Positions 61,981 through 64,000 of a stretch of 64,000 nucleotides of DNA are shown here, one piece after another; within the stretch, counting starts at the first letter, position 1; each line of letters begins with the position of its first letter. The notes under the pieces are model-generated. The model did not search any database, was not told where the DNA came from, and saw only the letters and a list, made by a program, of their open reading frames with translations. Where the stretch lies: the NCBI GenBank assembly GCA_963720745.1, contig CAVRGO010000004.1, forward strand, positions 3,446,797 to 3,510,796, read 5' to 3'. Position numbers and translations under genes: made by a program. Source of the DNA: an uncultured Acidobacteriota bacterium (GTDB lineage: Bacteria > Acidobacteriota > Terriglobia > Bryobacterales > Bryobacteraceae).

Positions 61981-62385
61981 CTACAGGCTCGGCGCCTGCC
62001 CGTCACTTTGCACCACCGGTAGGCGCCGCGCCGCCGGTTGCGCGCCGCTAAATCCCGCGGTTGTATCCTCCTCGCTCGGGGCCGATTCGTCGAGCGATTC
62101 GTGGAGATGATAGTAGTACGTCACAGCGCCCATTCCGAGGGTGAAGGCGAGAAGGATGCTCGCCCAGATCACGGTCGAGCGGTTCACTATCCGAGCATTG
62201 CGAACTAACGCCGCCGTCAGTCCGACGGTCGCAACGGCGACTCCGCACCCCAGCAGGAGTTTCCAATACCACGGCATCATGTCCAGGTGCGCTTGTCCTC
62301 CGATCTGACTCCACAGATCGAAAACGGCAATCGAGGCCAGCAGGAACTCGCAGGCATAGGCGAATCGCACCCAGGCCGTCGTCAT
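61981..62385 (-). CDS. hypothetical membrane protein (about 134 aa)
   Basis: Four predicted TM helices. I chose the internal start MTTAWVRF. Confidence 0.55.
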   Translation of the reverse strand: MTTAWVRFAYACEFLLASIAVFDLWSQIGGQAHLDMMPWYWKLLLGCGVAVATVGLTAALVRNARIVNRSTVIWASILLAFTLGMGAVTYYYHLHESLDESAPSEEDTTAGFSGAQPAARRLPVVQSDGQAPSL

Positions 62386-62464
62386 AGGCTCACGGAACCT
62401 AATTGTACAAGAGCGAGTGGCCGAGCGACGTTCGCCCGACGTGCGGAGATATATTGGTGGTGCC

Positions 62465-63811
62465 ATGCCGAACGAACAACAAGCAGTAATCGCACTCCTT
62501 GAGGACTTTCTTCGCATCCCGAGTATCAGCACCGATCCCGAACACGCCGGCGACATCCGCCGGGCAGCCGAATTCGTTCGCGACCAGATTCAGAAGGCGG
62601 GTCTCGACAACGCCCGGTTGATCGAAGGAGATGGACACCCGCTGGTGTATGCCGACTGGCTGTCCGCGCCAGGGAAACCCACGCTGCTGCTGTACGGGCA
62701 CTATGACGTGCAACCGCCCGACCCCCTCGACGAGTGGGTGTCGCCTCCGTTCGAACCCGAGATTCGAAACAACAATATTTACGCGCGCGGCGCAGCCGAT
62801 GATAAGGGGCAGGTTTTGATTCTGCTTCAGGCGATCGCGAAACTGATGAAGCGCGATGGACGCCTGCCGGTGAATGTTCGCTTTCTGATCGAGGGCGAAG
62901 AAGAGGTCGGCGGAGAGCACATCGAATCGTACGTGAAGAATCACAGTGCCGACTTGAAATCGGATGCCGCGATCATCTGCGACACCGAAATGTTCGCACC
63001 CGATTTGCCGACTTTGTGCGTGGGCCTCCGCGGAATCGTTTACGGCGAGATATGGGTGCAGTGCGCCGACCACGATTTGCATTCCGGCGTCTATGGCGGC
63101 GCGGCGCCGAACCCGATGCAGGCGGCGGCCGAGATCATTTGTGCATTGAAGGACCGGCAGGGCCGCATCCAGATCCCCGGGTTCTACGATCGCGTTCGCC
63201 CGCCTTCCCCCGACGAACGGCGTGCGTGGAATCGCCTGCCGTTCAATGAGGAGGAGTACAAGTCGAAAGAAGTCGGAGTGAAACAACTGGTGGGTGAGCC
63301 CGGCGTGCCGCTGTTCGAGCGGTTGTGGGCGCGCCCGACCTTCGAGGTACACGGTATACGCGGTGGTTTCACCGGCGAGGGAGCGAAGACGGTAATACCT
63401 GCACGCGCGGTGGTGAAGGTGAGTACCCGTCTGGTAGCCGACCAGGACCCACAAGAAGCCGCCGAACAGATCTCCGCAGCCATTCGTGCCGCAACTCCGG
63501 AAGGTGCGACCGCCGAATTCAAGGTAATTCACGTCGCGGCGCCTTCTCTGGTCGATCCATCCAACCCGTACGTTCGCGCGTCCGCTGACGCGATGAGCAC
63601 CGTTTTCGGGAAAGAAACGGTGTACATCCGTTCCGGCGGGTCCATTCCGATTGTTGGATTGTTTGACACTCACCTCGGTATTCCTGGCGTTATGATGGGA
63701 TTTGGTTTGCCAGATGACAATCTTCACGCACCGAACGAGAAGTTTCATTTGCCCAATCTGTTCCAGGGCATCGAATCGGTAACGGCTTACCTCGACGCTC
63801 TGGGCCATTAG
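62465..63811 (+). CDS. M20-family dipeptidase / peptidase (ArgE/DapE/CPG2 superfamily)
   Basis: An HYDVQP metal-binding region, GAADDKGQ, and an EGEEEVGG dimerisation-domain motif. Confidence 0.85.
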   Translation: MPNEQQAVIALLEDFLRIPSISTDPEHAGDIRRAAEFVRDQIQKAGLDNARLIEGDGHPLVYADWLSAPGKPTLLLYGHYDVQPPDPLDEWVSPPFEPEIRNNNIYARGAADDKGQVLILLQAIAKLMKRDGRLPVNVRFLIEGEEEVGGEHIESYVKNHSADLKSDAAIICDTEMFAPDLPTLCVGLRGIVYGEIWVQCADHDLHSGVYGGAAPNPMQAAAEIICALKDRQGRIQIPGFYDRVRPPSPDERRAWNRLPFNEEEYKSKEVGVKQLVGEPGVPLFERLWARPTFEVHGIRGGFTGEGAKTVIPARAVVKVSTRLVADQDPQEAAEQISAAIRAATPEGATAEFKVIHVAAPSLVDPSNPYVRASADAMSTVFGKETVYIRSGGSIPIVGLFDTHLGIPGVMMGFGLPDDNLHAPNEKFHLPNLFQGIESVTAYLDALGH

Positions 63812-63927
63812 TACTCATTTCTCGAACCTCAGTGAGCGCGCGGTACGAGTACAAATTTGGTCACGAAAGTGCTTCACCTACGATTCAGTTAGTGTTATCA
63901 TTCACTTATAGCCAAATCGGAGAATAA

Positions 63928-64000
63928 ATGCGCAAGGAAACTCTAGCGGTTCCTGTCGTGCTGCTCGCTTTGTGTTTAAGCGGCGCCGCATCCGGAAGAA
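63928..64000 (+). CDS. 5' end of a secreted-protein gene; the rest is cut off by the window edge
   Basis: GGAGAA RBS, then ATG and MRKETLAVPVVLLALCLSGAASGR, a signal-peptide-like start. Confidence 0.45.
   Translation, partial: MRKETLAVPVVLLALCLSGAASGR

Overview
This is a GC-rich chromosomal window. The gene content suggests Acidobacteria-like: a PadR regulator paired with a MacB/FtsX-type 'ADOP' permease, a TonB-dependent transporter with a carboxypeptidase-regulatory N-domain that ends in an aromatic residue, many TPR proteins, and large PAS/GAF histidine kinases. I support about 50 protein genes, mostly housekeeping or metabolic. They include LarE, RarA, TrmH, YdcF, GlpD, a bifunctional PBP1, prolyl oligopeptidase, hemerythrin, RhaM, a sugar substrate-binding protein, NagA, IlvE, M48, M13 and M20 peptidases, a LarA homolog, an MCP, a flavin amine oxidase and KdgK. 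There is also a nine-gene NADH-quinone oxidoreductase cluster in the non-standard order nuoC-D-I-J-K-L-M-N-H. The most interesting stretch is 29.8–37.7 kb. It contains two tandem tRNA-like sequences, the second a Gly-GCC-like pseudo-tRNA, with an IS630-family element immediately after them. That element inserted at a TA dinucleotide 13 codons into an SPFH/Band-7 gene; the gene's native ATG and Shine-Dalgarno site are still visible upstream. Further on, an IS4/IS1634-like element with 18-bp inverted repeats splits a PadR-linked ADOP permease gene into N- and C-terminal fragments. Other points worth a look are four tandem secreted TPR-protein genes divergent from the TonB-dependent transporter, a 1.35-kb ORF-poor region between a strong terminator and nuoC, and palindromic operator-like sites. 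Coordinates that I derived by counting the printed sequence, rather than from the ORF track, may be off by 1–2 nt.
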